Of a stretch of DNA of 37,756 nucleotides, positions 21,901 to 32,108 are shown piece after piece. The stretch spans positions 30,513 through 68,268 of the forward strand of contig NMRA01001028.1 in NCBI GenBank assembly GCA_002633005.1, given 5' to 3'. The position numbers were made by a program, and so were the translations under genes. The notes beneath the pieces are model-generated. The model had not been told where the DNA came from, made no database searches, and was given only the letters and a program-made list of their open reading frames with translations. Source of the DNA: Phoronis australis. Lineage: Eukaryota > Animalia > Phoronida. Numbering within the stretch: the first letter of the stretch is position 1; each line of letters begins with the position of its first letter.

Positions 21901-24051
21901 AAGTCAAGTGTCATCCCAGAATTCTGGGCATGTAGACACTCATAATCGAAATGGGCATTCGCAATAACAGTTGCCACAGAAAAGAAAAATGACTTCGCAA
22001 TTCTACACTTCTACACACAAATTCCAGCCAAAACCTAATGATTTCCTTAGAAACCCACGTGACCACAGTTTCATGCTATTCTAGAGTTACTAGCACCAAT
22101 AGTTTATGGGGAGGATACACTAGATGTCCACTTATTTTAACAAAACAAATTAAAAATATTCTCCAGGAAATTGGGAGAGGCCACACTAACTGACTGTGGA
22201 CAAACTGCAGTTAACGATTACGGTAAAGTCGCGTGATTTTCGGACGGCCCGCCATTTTCGACCAAGAATAAATATTTCCGAAATGAGTTTTTCATAGTCC
22301 ACGAAATTTGTACAAGGTCCAAAAACTGTTTTTTAATGATCTTCGAACTTCGGACAATGTCATAAATGTCGGATTTTTGCCCCGCGACTTTCGGACAAGG
22401 AAAATTTTAGAAACGCTAATTTGGGATCGACGCAACTCCCGTGTCACTAAAGCGTTCAACGGATGATTACTACTCTATAAGGCTTGAATCTGAGAATTGG
22501 TGTAACGGGCTTTGTAATTTTTACCTTGTCTTGACGATGTCATGACCGTTACTCGATTGTTTTGCGTTTAGCTTGTGTTTGGCGCTTTAGCTATGGAAAG
22601 AGTCACTGAGTCCCGCATGACGAAAATTTCTGATGAAAATACAAATGGGAAATAAACCGAAGGCTGCAGTTTTTCGTTGTAGCGTAACATGTGCTCTGGT
22701 TTAATTAGACCGTGTTGTTCGACTTCGGACTGTGACATTGAACTTGCACGCCTGACATCAACTTGCGAGTTTACGAAACATTTTTATTTTTAAAACCTCC
22801 TGGACTTTGCAAATGCCCTTGTTAGTGGCTAAAATCTCCGGCGACGTGTCTCGATTTTATTCTTGACGTCATGAGAAATATTTTTTGTTTAGGCCCCCAT
22901 TCACAATATGCCACAGCTAAGTCTGTCCGTAGGATATCGCGCGTTCAAAGTAGTGTAGATAGTGAACAGCAGCAGCCGAATGAGACGGAGCCAAAGTAAA
23001 GCTGGTTAAAAATCAAACATAGTGCAAGGCCCAGCACTCAGAAAGGGGCGCGGCGCACACGCAATTGTTACAGAGACGTTGCATCCCTGTCCTATGTTGT
23101 GTAAGTGCCGGTGTGCTATAACACATATCAAAAACTAATGTACATCCACGTAACCACGTTTCANCTTGGGAAAATTGTCATTCTGCCATTATTCTCCTGC
23201 TAAAATTGTGATGCGATCTTTTAGGTCGGCTTTCATTGGCCAGTTTCTTTTTTCCCCGATTCTTCAATCAGCTATTCTCTAAATTTCAGAACAAATCTTC
23301 CAAAAGATGTCGCAACATTTTAGGAAATGGCGCGTGAGCACAACAGACTTCTTCGTTACAATAGGCCAAGAATTATGTAAGAAAATGACGTTCGTTAGAT
23401 TGTTTTTCACTCAAGCGGCTGCAACCTCAGGGCAAGGTGAGTGTTGGTTTACTCCTAGATTTTACATGTGCCTGCCCCGGTCGCTAGCTCTACACGTTCA
23501 TGTAAGTTTCATGACGAAGTGACGAGCAGAACTTCCCGGGCTGTGGGAAATTTCGGGGTCTAACGGAGCTCAACACGCAGTGCTACCAGCACTGTATTTT
23601 GATGAGAGTCTTTACACAGCTAGCTGACCGGTTATGAAATAACCGCAGTACACACAAAGGCATTGATAACTACATTTTGTCCGGCGGTCATGTTCAGTCT
23701 CGAGCAGTCCTGTTTTATGGTGGAACGGTCATGTTTTTAGTTGCGTCGGTCTCATTGTCTGGTGCAGCTGTCCCATTAGATCCTCTTAGGTCCTGTGAGT
23801 CGGTCTGATTTGGAAAACTGGCGGTCATGTTTTGGGTCCAGCAGTAATGTTGTTTCTCATTGCCAGTGGTTCACCCCAATTGTCCACAAGTACCACACCA
23901 CAAAAATGCCTAGAGGGGTGCTAGGGTGACAGACTGACCTACCATTGCTATCTCTTGCTACCAGGTCTACTCCCTCCTTCAAATGAACGTCAAGCTCAAA
24001 AAATGGATGATGGCGTAAGGCGCTCATGTGTTCCTGCGGTGAAACGGGCTC
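870..24051 (-). CDS. MCTP1: Multiple C2 and transmembrane domain-containing protein (MCTP1/MCTP2 family), spliced gene, partial at both ends
   Basis: 14 exons joined by canonical GT-AG introns give one continuous frame. It encodes three C2 domains ([12 protein letters not shown]...[14 protein letters not shown]; [12 protein letters not shown]...[14 protein letters not shown]; [14 protein letters not shown]...[14 protein letters not shown]), then SCFDWE, a hydrophobic segment ([22 protein letters not shown]) and [26 protein letters not shown]. This architecture is diagnostic of MCTPs. MCTP1 versus MCTP2 orthology cannot be resolved; invertebrates usually have one Mctp. Confidence 0.95.
1409..1465 (-). 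CDS. MCTP1: MCTP exon, acidic loop, 57 nt
   Basis: cctttgcag|GTA GAC ... ACT CAG|gtgaga; encodes [19 protein letters not shown], the acidic stretch expected at this position in MCTPs; phase 0-0. Confidence 0.85.
2713..2847 (-). CDS. MCTP1: MCTP exon, first hydrophobic/membrane segment, 135 nt
   Basis: gatttcag|ATA TTT ... CCA ATA|gtaagt; encodes [45 protein letters not shown]. Confidence 0.93.
3456..3575 (-). CDS. MCTP1: MCTP exon, 120 nt
   Basis: ccgttgtag|GTG ATG ... TTT GTT|gtaagt; encodes [40 protein letters not shown]. Confidence 0.93.
3938..4012 (-). CDS. MCTP1: MCTP exon, 75 nt
   Basis: tatttcag|GTA AAA ... TTA GCT|gtgagt; encodes [25 protein letters not shown]. Confidence 0.93.
4115..4438. 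repeat. 49-bp minisatellite, ~6.5 copies
   Basis: Unit acctccaagctgatattgtcgtcaactgtacatatcagagtggagac(a/g)c starting at 4125, 4174, 4223, 4272, 4321, 4370 and 4419. Confidence 0.95.
4584..4685 (-). CDS. MCTP1: MCTP exon, end of C2C, 102 nt
   Basis: ttattacag|GCA AAG ... AAT CCT|gtatgt; encodes [34 protein letters not shown]. Confidence 0.95.
5188..5290 (-). CDS. MCTP1: MCTP exon, C2C, 103 nt
   Basis: ttgttgcag|T ACT GTA ... TTG TTG|gtcagt; encodes [34 protein letters not shown]. Confidence 0.95.
5512..5708 (-). CDS. MCTP1: MCTP exon, C2C first half, 197 nt
   Basis: ctctcaccag|GGT CTG ... ACA TT|gtgagt; encodes [65 protein letters not shown](F). Confidence 0.95.
5747..6184. mobile_element. 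Possible degenerate TA-flanked MITE
   Basis: Left end TA|CAGTAATTCTCCAC; right end reverse complement TA|CCGTGGTTTTCCATAAATAAGCCCATGGGCG. The TIR match is imperfect (9/14). The right end resembles the TIR of the 7644-9087 element. A single N lies at 6091. Confidence 0.35.
6470..6656 (-). CDS. MCTP1: MCTP exon, end of C2B and linker, 187 nt
   Basis: acctttag|G GCC ATT ... CAA TAT|gtgagt; encodes [62 protein letters not shown]. Confidence 0.95.
7360..7424. repeat. 35-bp tandem duplication
   Basis: aacgttctctcagttaca(c/a)ggagaagactc occurs twice. Confidence 0.85.
7644..9087. mobile_element. Non-autonomous DNA transposon with TIRs and TA target-site duplication (Tc1/mariner-pogo superfamily-like), 1444 bp
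   Basis: Left TA|CCGTATTCACCCTGATAAGCACCCA; right end reverse complement TA|CCGTATTCTCGCTAATAAGCACCCA. Subterminal G(C/T)GCTTA repeats occur at both ends. No transposase ORF. Confidence 0.8.
9146..9276 (-). CDS. MCTP1: MCTP exon, C2B, 131 nt
   Basis: cttgtccag|GTG AGA ... ATG GGC AG|gtatgg; encodes [43 protein letters not shown](R). Confidence 0.95.
9602..9733. repeat. 45-bp tandem repeat, ~3 copies
   Basis: Unit gttgagacaagactctacaagttggcttaccatgacgtgtcatgg. Confidence 0.93.
10213..10410 (-). CDS. MCTP1: MCTP exon, linker and start of C2B, 198 nt
   Basis: ttcttacag|TAT GTC ... AGC AAG|gtatgg; encodes [66 protein letters not shown]. Not in the supplied ORF list. Confidence 0.95.
10761..11520 (+). 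mobile_element. Helentron/HINE (DINE-1-like) non-autonomous element
   Basis: Begins AAACAAGAG with a short hairpin (GAGCA...TGCTC). Has internal diverged tandem subunits (gtttaggagataca twice; aaaatggc repeated). Ends in a stem-loop TATGCGACCAC-10nt-GTGGGCGCATA. The classification is inferred from structure only. Confidence 0.55.
10827..11342 (+). promoter_or_regulatory. Cluster of four co-oriented CTCF-like motifs
   Basis: TGGCCACTAGATGGCGCA (10827), TTGCCACAAGGAGGCACA (10961), TGGCTGCTAGGAGGCGCA (11180) and TTGCCACTAGGGGGCAAA (11325), compared with the CTCF core consensus CCA(C/G)(C/T)AG(A/G)(G/T)GGC(A/G)C. Confidence 0.5.
12931..12951 (-). CDS. MCTP1: Candidate 21-nt MCTP microexon (AKKKESK) in the C2A-C2B linker
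   Basis: Minus strand shows a CTAAC branch-point-like motif, TGCATG, a U-rich tract, then tag|GCA AAA AAG AAG GAG TCG AAG|gtctcg. It is phase 0-0, matching the flanking exons. The donor is weak at +3 to +6. Confidence 0.5.
16931..16960. repeat. (ACAG)n/(ACAA)n imperfect microsatellite
   Basis: acagacagacatacagacaaacaaacaaac. Confidence 0.7.
17148..17256 (-). CDS. MCTP1: MCTP exon, end of C2A, 109 nt
   Basis: tgttgtag|A CCA AAA GAC ... GAG GAA|gtaagt; encodes [36 protein letters not shown]; phase 2 to 0. Confidence 0.92.
17685..17907 (-). CDS. MCTP1: MCTP exon, C2A core, 223 nt
   Basis: ttcttccacag|GT ACC AGC GAC CCC ... GAA GT|gtaggt; encodes [73 protein letters not shown]. Confidence 0.95.
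20489..22220 (+). repeat. Segmental duplication copy 1 (~1.73 kb, contains MCTP C2A-start exon)
   Basis: Aligns end to end with 23468-25191; by hand about 45-50 substitutions and 4 small indels (~97% identity). Confidence 0.97.
20964..21072 (-). CDS. MCTP1: MCTP exon, start of C2A (downstream duplicate copy), 109 nt, phase 0 to 1
   Basis: Same splice sites and identical peptide as 23943-24051, with two synonymous differences. Its phase-1 end joins G|GT ACC of the next exon. Confidence 0.85.
22221..23163. mobile_element. Probable TA-inserting TIR DNA transposon, left end only, truncated at the N at 23164
   Basis: Starts TA|CGGTAAAGTCGCGTGATTTTCGGACG exactly where homology to copy 2 stops. 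TTCGGAC motifs recur near 22239, 22349, 22390 and 22724. CpG-rich relative to the flanks. No right TIR seen. Confidence 0.6.
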
Positions 24052-25191
24052 CTGTGGAAGGAAAACAAACATAACCGTTAATGCGAGCATCAATCAGGGG
24101 AAGTAATATCGATCAATATCAGTACTGTACGATGAAAACCATCCTGTGCTGGCCAAGTCTCACCGGTCGAGTTTGGCAACTCAACTGGTTTCTTACCTTA
24201 AAACCTTTAAAAAACACCCACCTTCAGCTGGTTCTTCTCTGAAAATTGCCTTGGAAACCAGGCGTGAAATTGTATTCTTAAATTTCATTTTGAAAGTTTT
24301 GAACAGCTTAAGTCCCGTCCACACACAGTTTACCCTAGAACAGCTTGCACTTAGTGTAACTTACCCCACTTTTAAGTGAAGCGACCACACACACACATAT
24401 CCAATATACTTACAGGTAAGGGGGAAACTATCACCCAGTGAACAGCACTGAACACATAATTTGCAAGTACAGTGGAGAAAAGAAACCCTCTGCGTGTAAT
24501 CACAGCAGATAATTACATCCAATGTTTGCAGTCACACAGGAATAAGCAGTGGTGCAAGTTACTCTAGCACAAGTAAGCAGAGTAAGTGGTCACAAACAGG
24601 GTAAGTTGCACCGTTGAAATATCATCTATACAGCCTCCCAAACCTAACGAGGACTCATTCCAGGAATAACTTGTTCTGGGGTAAGTCTGTGTGTGGACAG
24701 CACTAAAGTTACATACTTCGTGAAATGTACACATGGTTAGGTTTTCAAAATGGGACCAGGGATGTAGAAAGTAGAACACAGCCAGTAATTTCCGTTTCAT
24801 TAAATCTGCTGGGGAGGCAACATAATGAGCCATTTACAAAGGCTGATAAACCATCACTTGATAATTGAGAAAAGTCAAGTGTCATCCCAGAATTCTGGGC
24901 ATGTAGACACTCATAATCGAAATGGGCATTCACAATAACAGTTGCCACAGAAAAGAGAAACGACTTCGCAATTCTACACTTCTACACACAAATTCCAGCC
25001 AAAACCTATTGATTTCCTTAGAAACCCATGTGACCACTGTTTCACGCTATTCTAGAGTTACTAGCACCAATAGTTTATGGGGAGGATACACTAGATGTCC
25101 ACTTATTTTAACAAAACAAATTAAAAATATTTTCCAGGAAATTGGGGGAGGCCACACAAACTGACTGTGGACAAACTGCAGTTAACGATTA
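23468..25191 (+). repeat. Segmental duplication copy 2
   Basis: Direct-orientation copy of 20489-22220; the offset is 2979 at the left end and 2971 at the right end. Confidence 0.97.
23943..24051 (-). CDS. MCTP1: MCTP exon, start of C2A (upstream duplicate copy), 109 nt, phase 0 to 1
   Basis: Acceptor ttccttccacag|GAG and donor AATG|gtaggt; encodes [36 protein letters not shown](G). Confidence 0.85.
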
Positions 25192-26877
25192 AGCGAAACA
25201 TCGCCATCAACCCATGTGTGAATTCAATGAAATGTGGCCAACAGGTAACCAATATGATTTAATTAACTCTTAAGTTGTTTATTTTCTTCTGATAAAAATA
25301 CCTTAACCCCATCATAGGTGAAACACTCTCCTGACCACCCTCTGAGTGACATGACAGTCATCCATGTCACCCCTTCACAATATGCTAACAACATTATGAG
25401 ATGTCCAAAGTGTTACTAGATGAATTGATTGGTGAATATACAATGTTCAGACATTAATCAACATAGTTATGGTAACACAGTGTATATTACATTAAATTAA
25501 TGACAGGGCTTTGCATTGATATTTTCCACAATGCAAAACTGATTGTGCACAAATTAGGCGAGACAAGAAATTCCCAGGCACAAAATATTGTTTTTCAAAA
25601 TAATTTTTGGTGTGCGTATTGAGGTGAGCGTGCTACATAAGGGAAGAATTACCGTACTGTTGGCTTTTTAGCATTAACAACCCACTATTGACATATAGTC
25701 TTCATCTCCAAATTACGCAAAACTAACTGTTGAAATGAATTTGAAATTACATCTTTCTTTTGAACTGTTGCAATGTGTTCCTGATCATTACACCCATCAC
25801 AGACGATTAAGCATCCATTGTCATCAATTCAGAGATCCTTATTAATCATGGCACATTTACATTTACAATACCGTCACCTTCACTGGATATCCACAAAAAT
25901 CTGTCTCCAAAACGAGAGCACGTCAAACACTTGCTACTCAGTTCACATTCCAATCAAAAACATGAAACCAGTCTTGATAAAGAATTCCTAACAGCCAGAT
26001 CAATCAACTCACCATGCTTTTGTATACTGGCTCTAGCAAAAGACAAACATATCTGACAGTGAATTAAGAGATAATATTTTTGTCCCGGATTTGAGAACAT
26101 CGCGATTTATTCACAGCTATTTATCCACTGAAAGCACTACACAGTTTACAGAATGCAATTGAAATTAGTCACGTAAAACCAGCGCATTGTTGAGACGATG
26201 CATTTTTTATTGATTGATGAGTGCAAGTGATACCAGATGTTTTAATGACTGTGAACAACAGATATCCCTCATGAAATTCGATTAAATGGCAACTCTTCTC
26301 AACATAGCATCAGTCATGAAACTGTACACTGGAGAATAATGGTAAAAGGTTACCAATTTCAGAGAAACGTAATGATGCTAAAACTGACCTTTCTTCATGT
26401 TTTAAAGGCTTCTAAGGTTGCAAATGTTTACAACTTCTCGATGATTGTTTAATGATGGGCCTTTTAACATAGAACTTAAAAAATATAAAAAGCATTTACT
26501 TGGAGCTATTATTGTGAAAAACATTAAAAAATGGTGGCCAATTGCATCCCAAATTGGAGATACCTAAAAGTAACAAAACAGAACATCTAGAAAATAACCA
26601 AATCCATTGCAAACTTCGGAACTTGACACAAAAAACAATGTATTCGTTTTTGACTCAGGGCAAATGTCCTCAACTGATAGTTTCGGACACTTGAATTGAG
26701 ACATTGATGATTCACACAGATCAAAGCGGAAAATCAGAACTTTTAGAAAAAAACATGGTAACATCTAATGTAAATGAATCTGAATTTATATAATTTCACT
26801 TTTTCTCCACATTGTTAGTTTAACAGACGATCTGAATGTCTTGAAATTATATTGTTTTAATGAAACTGAAAAAATGC

Positions 26878-26947
26878 AATCCTTGGGTAGGTTGGTAGAC
26901 ATTAACAAACACAATCCTTGGGTAGGTAGACATTAACAAACACAATC
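26878..26947. repeat. ~35-bp tandem duplication
   Basis: aatccttgggtagg(ttgg)tagacattaacaaacac occurs twice. Confidence 0.85.
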
Positions 26948-27343
26948 TAATCAAATTAGTATCTTCAGCTCACATGTAAAGCATTGAGAAAAACAATAAA
27001 ACACAATTCCAACATAATGGACCAATTCCCAACTGGAGCCCTAATTCAATATAGCTAGCTTCATTTCCATCTACTAATGACTGGTATAGACCAGTGCCAT
27101 GAAATTCTGAAAATGCACCCGGAACTATAATGGCTCCAAGGAGAATGGGTTTCTGGGAAATTTGGCGCTGAGAAAAGGGACAACTTGTTGTACCTCACAT
27201 AACTTCTCGATTGCATGATGTGCAACTTGTAACAGACTAAAATGATAGGGAAAACCAACAGAAATGAGACATTCAAATAAAAAGCACAATTCAAATCACA
27301 AATTGTTGATGTGCATCCTATTAACTTTTTAATGTAAAAAACA

Positions 27344-27413
27344 CAACGAGCGCAAGGACTCAACGAGCGCAAGGACTCAACGAGCACAAGGACTCATCGA
27401 GCGCAAGGACTCA
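27344..27413. repeat. 17-bp tandem repeat, 4 copies
   Basis: Unit caacgagcgcaaggact. Confidence 0.93.
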
Positions 27414-28142
27414 TTGAAGGGAATCAACATGAATCATGAGGCTAACAATAGTTCTGGAAAAGCGCTTTCACTGAAATGTCACCCATTTTTTACAAAAATC
27501 ATCACTAATAGTGCCATCTTTTCATTATAAAGGGGTTCTAACAATGTTGTGAATGCCCGCAACCTTTCAAAATATTTCCTGGTGGTTACTAGGCTACAAA
27601 ACAAAACAAAGCTATTGACACAAGAACAGAACAACATTTTTGAGGAAAAAATAAGACAAACAAAAAATCTCCAGTCCAACATACATGTATTATGGCAAGA
27701 TTTAATGGAACTGATGCTTGCTTTTTGGCCAGAAAAAGGCATTTTTTCAAAAGTATTGATTTCTAGCAAGTGTCATGGGGAAATTCTCGGAAATTTATGG
27801 TACAAGCGGCATTGTGTAGAGGTTCACAAAATATCTCAAGTGTGGATCAAAGTGACTATAAATATTGCATTAGTGCCAGAAGACTGTGGAGTCACTGGAG
27901 ATCAACTGATATATCACCAAACCATTGTGAACAAGCCAGAACAACAATTTCCATTCAACAGTTGTTGAAAAGGATAAAATTCACGGCCATTAACGACACT
28001 TCTAAGCACAAAATCAATATTTTACACATATCATCACACGAATGAGGAATGAACTTTTGACAAAAGAGAGGATGGAATACAACAAGACAGAAACAACAGT
28101 ACCACTACACCCTGGTGATACTGTAAGTTAATGGATGTGTGC

Positions 28143-28491
28143 CAATCTGACATTGATAGCTTCATACTGTATACTAACAGTATCATACAGTATGTCAATC
28201 TCACACTGACAACTTCATACAGTATACTAACAGAATCATACAGTGCATCAATCTGACATTGATAGCTTCATACTGTATACTAACAGTATCATACAGTATG
28301 TCAATCTCACACTGACAACTTCATACAGTATACTAACAGTATCATACAGTACGTCAATCTGACATTGATAGCTTCATACTGTATACTAACAGTATCATAC
28401 TCAGTAATTGTCAATCTCATATTGAAAATTTCATTCAGTATACTAACAGTATCGTACAGTATGTCAATCTGACATTGATAATTTCATACTG
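28143..28491. repeat. 53-bp minisatellite, ~6.5 copies, alternating A/B variants
   Basis: Units begin caatct at 28143, 28196, 28249, 28302, 28355, ~28412 and 28465. Confidence 0.93.
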
Positions 28492-28691
28492 ACCGTATCA
28501 TAAAATATTGAGATCAACAAGTCTCAAGCAGATTATTTCCAGGCATGGAAGTGGCGCACCTTTAATAACTTAAACTAAAGTGCCTTATCATTTCCAGCTA
28601 GGTTGTAGGGGCATTTCAGGGTTGAAATGGTTTTGTTTAGTCTGCCTGCCTTTACAGTATGTTCACATGGGACAACTACTAGGAGAACATT

Positions 28692-28745
28692 TGGAGTTTT
28701 GTTACCCCAACCTCTAAGTGGAGTTTTGTTACCCCAACCTCTAAG
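28692..28745. repeat. 27-bp tandem duplication
   Basis: tggagttttgttaccccaacctctaag occurs twice. Confidence 0.88.
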
Positions 28746-28976
28746 CGAGCCTATAGTCAGACTATGACAACGGTAACACGTCCCTCCTATTCAAATCACA
28801 AAATAATGCTCATTGCTTAAATACCCGTGATGCTGAAGAAAATCTATTCGCTAGTTTCTCTTATAATGCAACGATTTTAAAAAATCAAAGACAACTACTA
28901 TCTCCTTAAATTATAAAAACAGTCATTTTGGTTGTTTCCTTAGTTCTTGTCCATCCTTTTTTACTTAGAATGCTAA

Positions 28977-29028
28977 ACAGGTGTGTTGGTTCACCACCAC
29001 ACACAGGTGTGTTGGTTCACCACCACAC
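28977..29028. repeat. ~26-bp tandem duplication
   Basis: acaggtgtgttggttcaccaccacac occurs twice. Confidence 0.88.
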
Positions 29029-29151
29029 TAATCTCATCTACTTACATTAGGCAAATAATACACTAACAGGATTTGCACCCAAGTGGATGAGAAAGCGGAG
29101 TCCTTGATATAAAGGCTTGGGTGCCCTCACAGATTGAAGTCAGAGCTAGTG

Positions 29152-29453
29152 GCTTCATGGGCTTGGCTGGAGATGCTAGAACAGCTAACTGTGGTCCTAT
29201 ACAAACAGGCCTATTTAGCCTATGAGCTTCATGGGCTTGGCTGGAGATGCTGGAACAGGTAATTATGCTCCTATACAAACAGGCCTATTTAGCCTATGAG
29301 CTTCACAGGCTTGGCTGGAGATGCTGGAACAGCTAATTGTGCTCCTATACAAACAGGCCTATTTAGCCTATGAGCTTCATGGGCTTGGCTGGAGATGCTG
29401 GAACAGCTAATTGTGGTCCTATACAAACCGGCCTATTTAGCCTATGAGCTTCA
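29152..29453. repeat. 74-bp minisatellite, ~4 copies
   Basis: Unit gcttcatgggcttggctggagatgctggaacagctaattgtggtcctatacaaacaggcctatttagcctatga at 29152, 29226, 29300 and 29374. Confidence 0.95.
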
Positions 29454-30570
29454 AAGTCAAAAACCAAACAATAAGTAAGGAAGAGGACAGACATGACAGT
29501 TTTTAAAATTGAAAAGTAACTAAGTATCTGTCTTTGAATTTTTAAACTTGATGCATCAGAGAAATAACCGAAGAGTTCTTAACAATCTTCAGAATCACGG
29601 CTAAGTCAGGAATAGATTAGGATGGGTTGTCACAGTCTGGCTCAGGCTCGCATAAGCGTTGCAGTAACACAACTCCAAATGTTAGCGTAGGAGTTGTCTC
29701 ATGAGTACGTTCAGTCAAGACCATGAGCAGCAATTAGCTCACTTCAATCTGTGATGGCACAATCTGACCTGAGTTTGATGTGCTGAGGAATTTGTTGAGA
29801 ACTCTGGCTAAATGGTGCATGCTTTCTCGTCCACTTGCTTGCAAATCCCGTTAGCGTAAGAGTTGTCAAATGACTAACGTGAGCTTTAAAAGGGCGGACG
29901 GTGGGCAACTATGTAACCTAATGCCCATTATCAAAACTACTCATGAGATCAAACAACTTTTTACTATTTCAACAGAGATTACTACCTAGCACCAACTTCT
30001 GATGTTCAAAGTAGAGTTAATGTTTTGCTTTTATTGAAAGGAAAATTGGTCGCGCAGATGACAGACGGAAATTATAGAAATAGTGAAGGTACCTTTTGCT
30101 AAGCTGTTTATCAATACAACAGACTAATTTGTAATCTGAAATTAACACACCTGTCAGCGAAACTACAACATACCTGGTATTCTACCAACTGGGTAGCTAG
30201 GTAAGTGTACATTTTACGCACCTTCCAAATTATTTAAATCTGATATGAATCCATGAAGTGATACTACAGTTCAGACCACTCACATCTATGCACTGTGGTC
30301 TTGACTCCTTCTATAGTCAGATTAGAAATGCAAGGCACATTAAATGTCATGCCATAACATTAGCCAACTGTGAAGCATGCTCTGATAAGCAATGACACTT
30401 AATTGTCAGTTCTCTGCAGGACTTTTGACTGAGCCAGTTTCACCTTCATTATGGATAAGCATCTACCAGTTTGTGGAACTGTTATGTTCCCCTGCCAAAC
30501 TTAAATGTTGGATGAATCAAAAGTCAAACTGAATCCAAGCCAGACTGATGCTAATTAGCATTTAATGCTT

Positions 30571-30636
30571 GGTGATTGACACATCAAACCTTTAGTCTGC
30601 CAGGGTGATTGACATCAAACCTTTAGTCTGCCAGGT
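30571..30636. repeat. ~32-bp tandem duplication
   Basis: ggtgattgac(ac)atcaaacctttagtctgccag occurs twice. Confidence 0.85.
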
Positions 30637-31403
30637 GAGTTTGTTAGCTTTTTATTAGTTCAAGGTATGCATGAATGTTTGCATCTGGTGGATATTGATT
30701 CAGTTTCAGGCAATCATTCATGGTGCAGCTGAGGGTTGAGATTTATATTTTATTAGAGACTTTCCCCCCAAAATTTCTGGTGCCAGTTTATAAATGACTT
30801 AAATTGTTAACATCCCCACCAGAACCATATTTAAAGGTGAAAATCATGTGAAAAGCTGAGGCATTCTAAATTAGGTTCTTGTTGATTAGTACAATGTACC
30901 TTCCAGTTGGATATCGTTTCTTTTTCTAAGAAAGGTGTAATGTTTTGTTTTTACAAAAATGCACTTTAGGTTGACAAGAAGTGTTCTACGGTAAAAATTC
31001 AAATATGTATTTTTTCCTGTCATTCTATCCCTGAAACCCCAATTGGCAATTGGGTACTGGGTTAAGTCCCAGATTACAGGGCGAAAGACCTCTCCTTAAT
31101 GTCTCAGAGATAAGAAAGCACGTGACCTCATTTTGTAAATCACGCACATTTTGGCGTCTCTTTATTGAGTGTGAAAGGCAAAGAATTTCACATCACACAT
31201 CCACGTGTATTTCCAGTTTATCAAACTGTCTCACGTCGGGAGTTGCAGCCCACACCACAGCTGAGTTTCGTTGACATTGTAAACACACTAAGATAGAGCA
31301 ATGCAACCAAGAGAAACTTATAAAGAATCGGACAATGTTGACGCTCCCCTCACACCAGTTAGTCAGAGGGCCAATGGACACACTATACAAATTGAATCAG
31401 ACA

Positions 31404-31488
31404 GATGATGATGATGGTGATGGTGATGACGGTGATGATGATGATGGTGATGATGATGGTGGTGATGGTGATGATGATGATGATGGTG
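31404..31488. repeat. (GAT/GGT)n trinucleotide microsatellite running into the assembly gap
   Basis: gatgatgatgatggtgatggtgatgac... continues up to the first N. Confidence 0.95.
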
Positions 31489-32108
31489 NNNNNNNNNNNN
31501 NNNNNNNNNNNNNNNNNNNNNNNNNNNNNNNNNNNNNNNNNNNNNNNNNNNNNNNNNNNNNNNNNNNNNNNNNNNNNNNNNNNNNNNNNNNNNNNNNNNN
31601 NNNNNNNNNNNNNNNNNNNNNNNNNNNNNNNNNNNNNNNNNNNNNNNNNNNNNNNNNNNNNNNNNNNNNNNNNNNNNNNNNNNNNNNNNNNNNNNNNNNN
31701 NNNNNNNNNNNNNNNNNNNNNNNNNNNNNNNNNNNNNNNNNNNNNNNNNNNNNNNNNNNNNNNNNNNNNNNNNNNNNNNNNNNNNNNNNNNNNNNNNNNN
31801 NNNNNNNNNNNNNNNNNNNNNNNNNNNNNNNNNNNNNNNNNNNNNNNNNNNNNNNNNNNNNNNNNNNNNNNNNNNNNNNNNNNNNNNNNNNNNNNNNNNN
31901 NNNNNNNNNNNNNNNNNNNNNNNNNNNNNNNNNNNNNNNNNNNNNNNNNNNNNNNNNNNNNNNNNNNNNNNNNNNNNNNNNNNNNNNNNNNNNNNNNNNN
32001 NNNNNNNNNNNNNNNNNNNNNNNNNNNNNNNNNNNNNNNNNNNNNNNNNNNNNNNNNNNNNNNNNNNNNNNNNNNNNNNNNNNNNNNNNNNNNNNNNNNN
32101 NNNNNNNN
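31489..32108. other. Assembly gap (620 N)
   Basis: Run of N flanked by tandem repeats on both sides. Confidence 1.

Noticed and set aside
27549-27968. 139-aa plus-strand ORF
   Set aside because: Non-ATG start, no recognisable domain and no supporting gene structure; consistent with chance.
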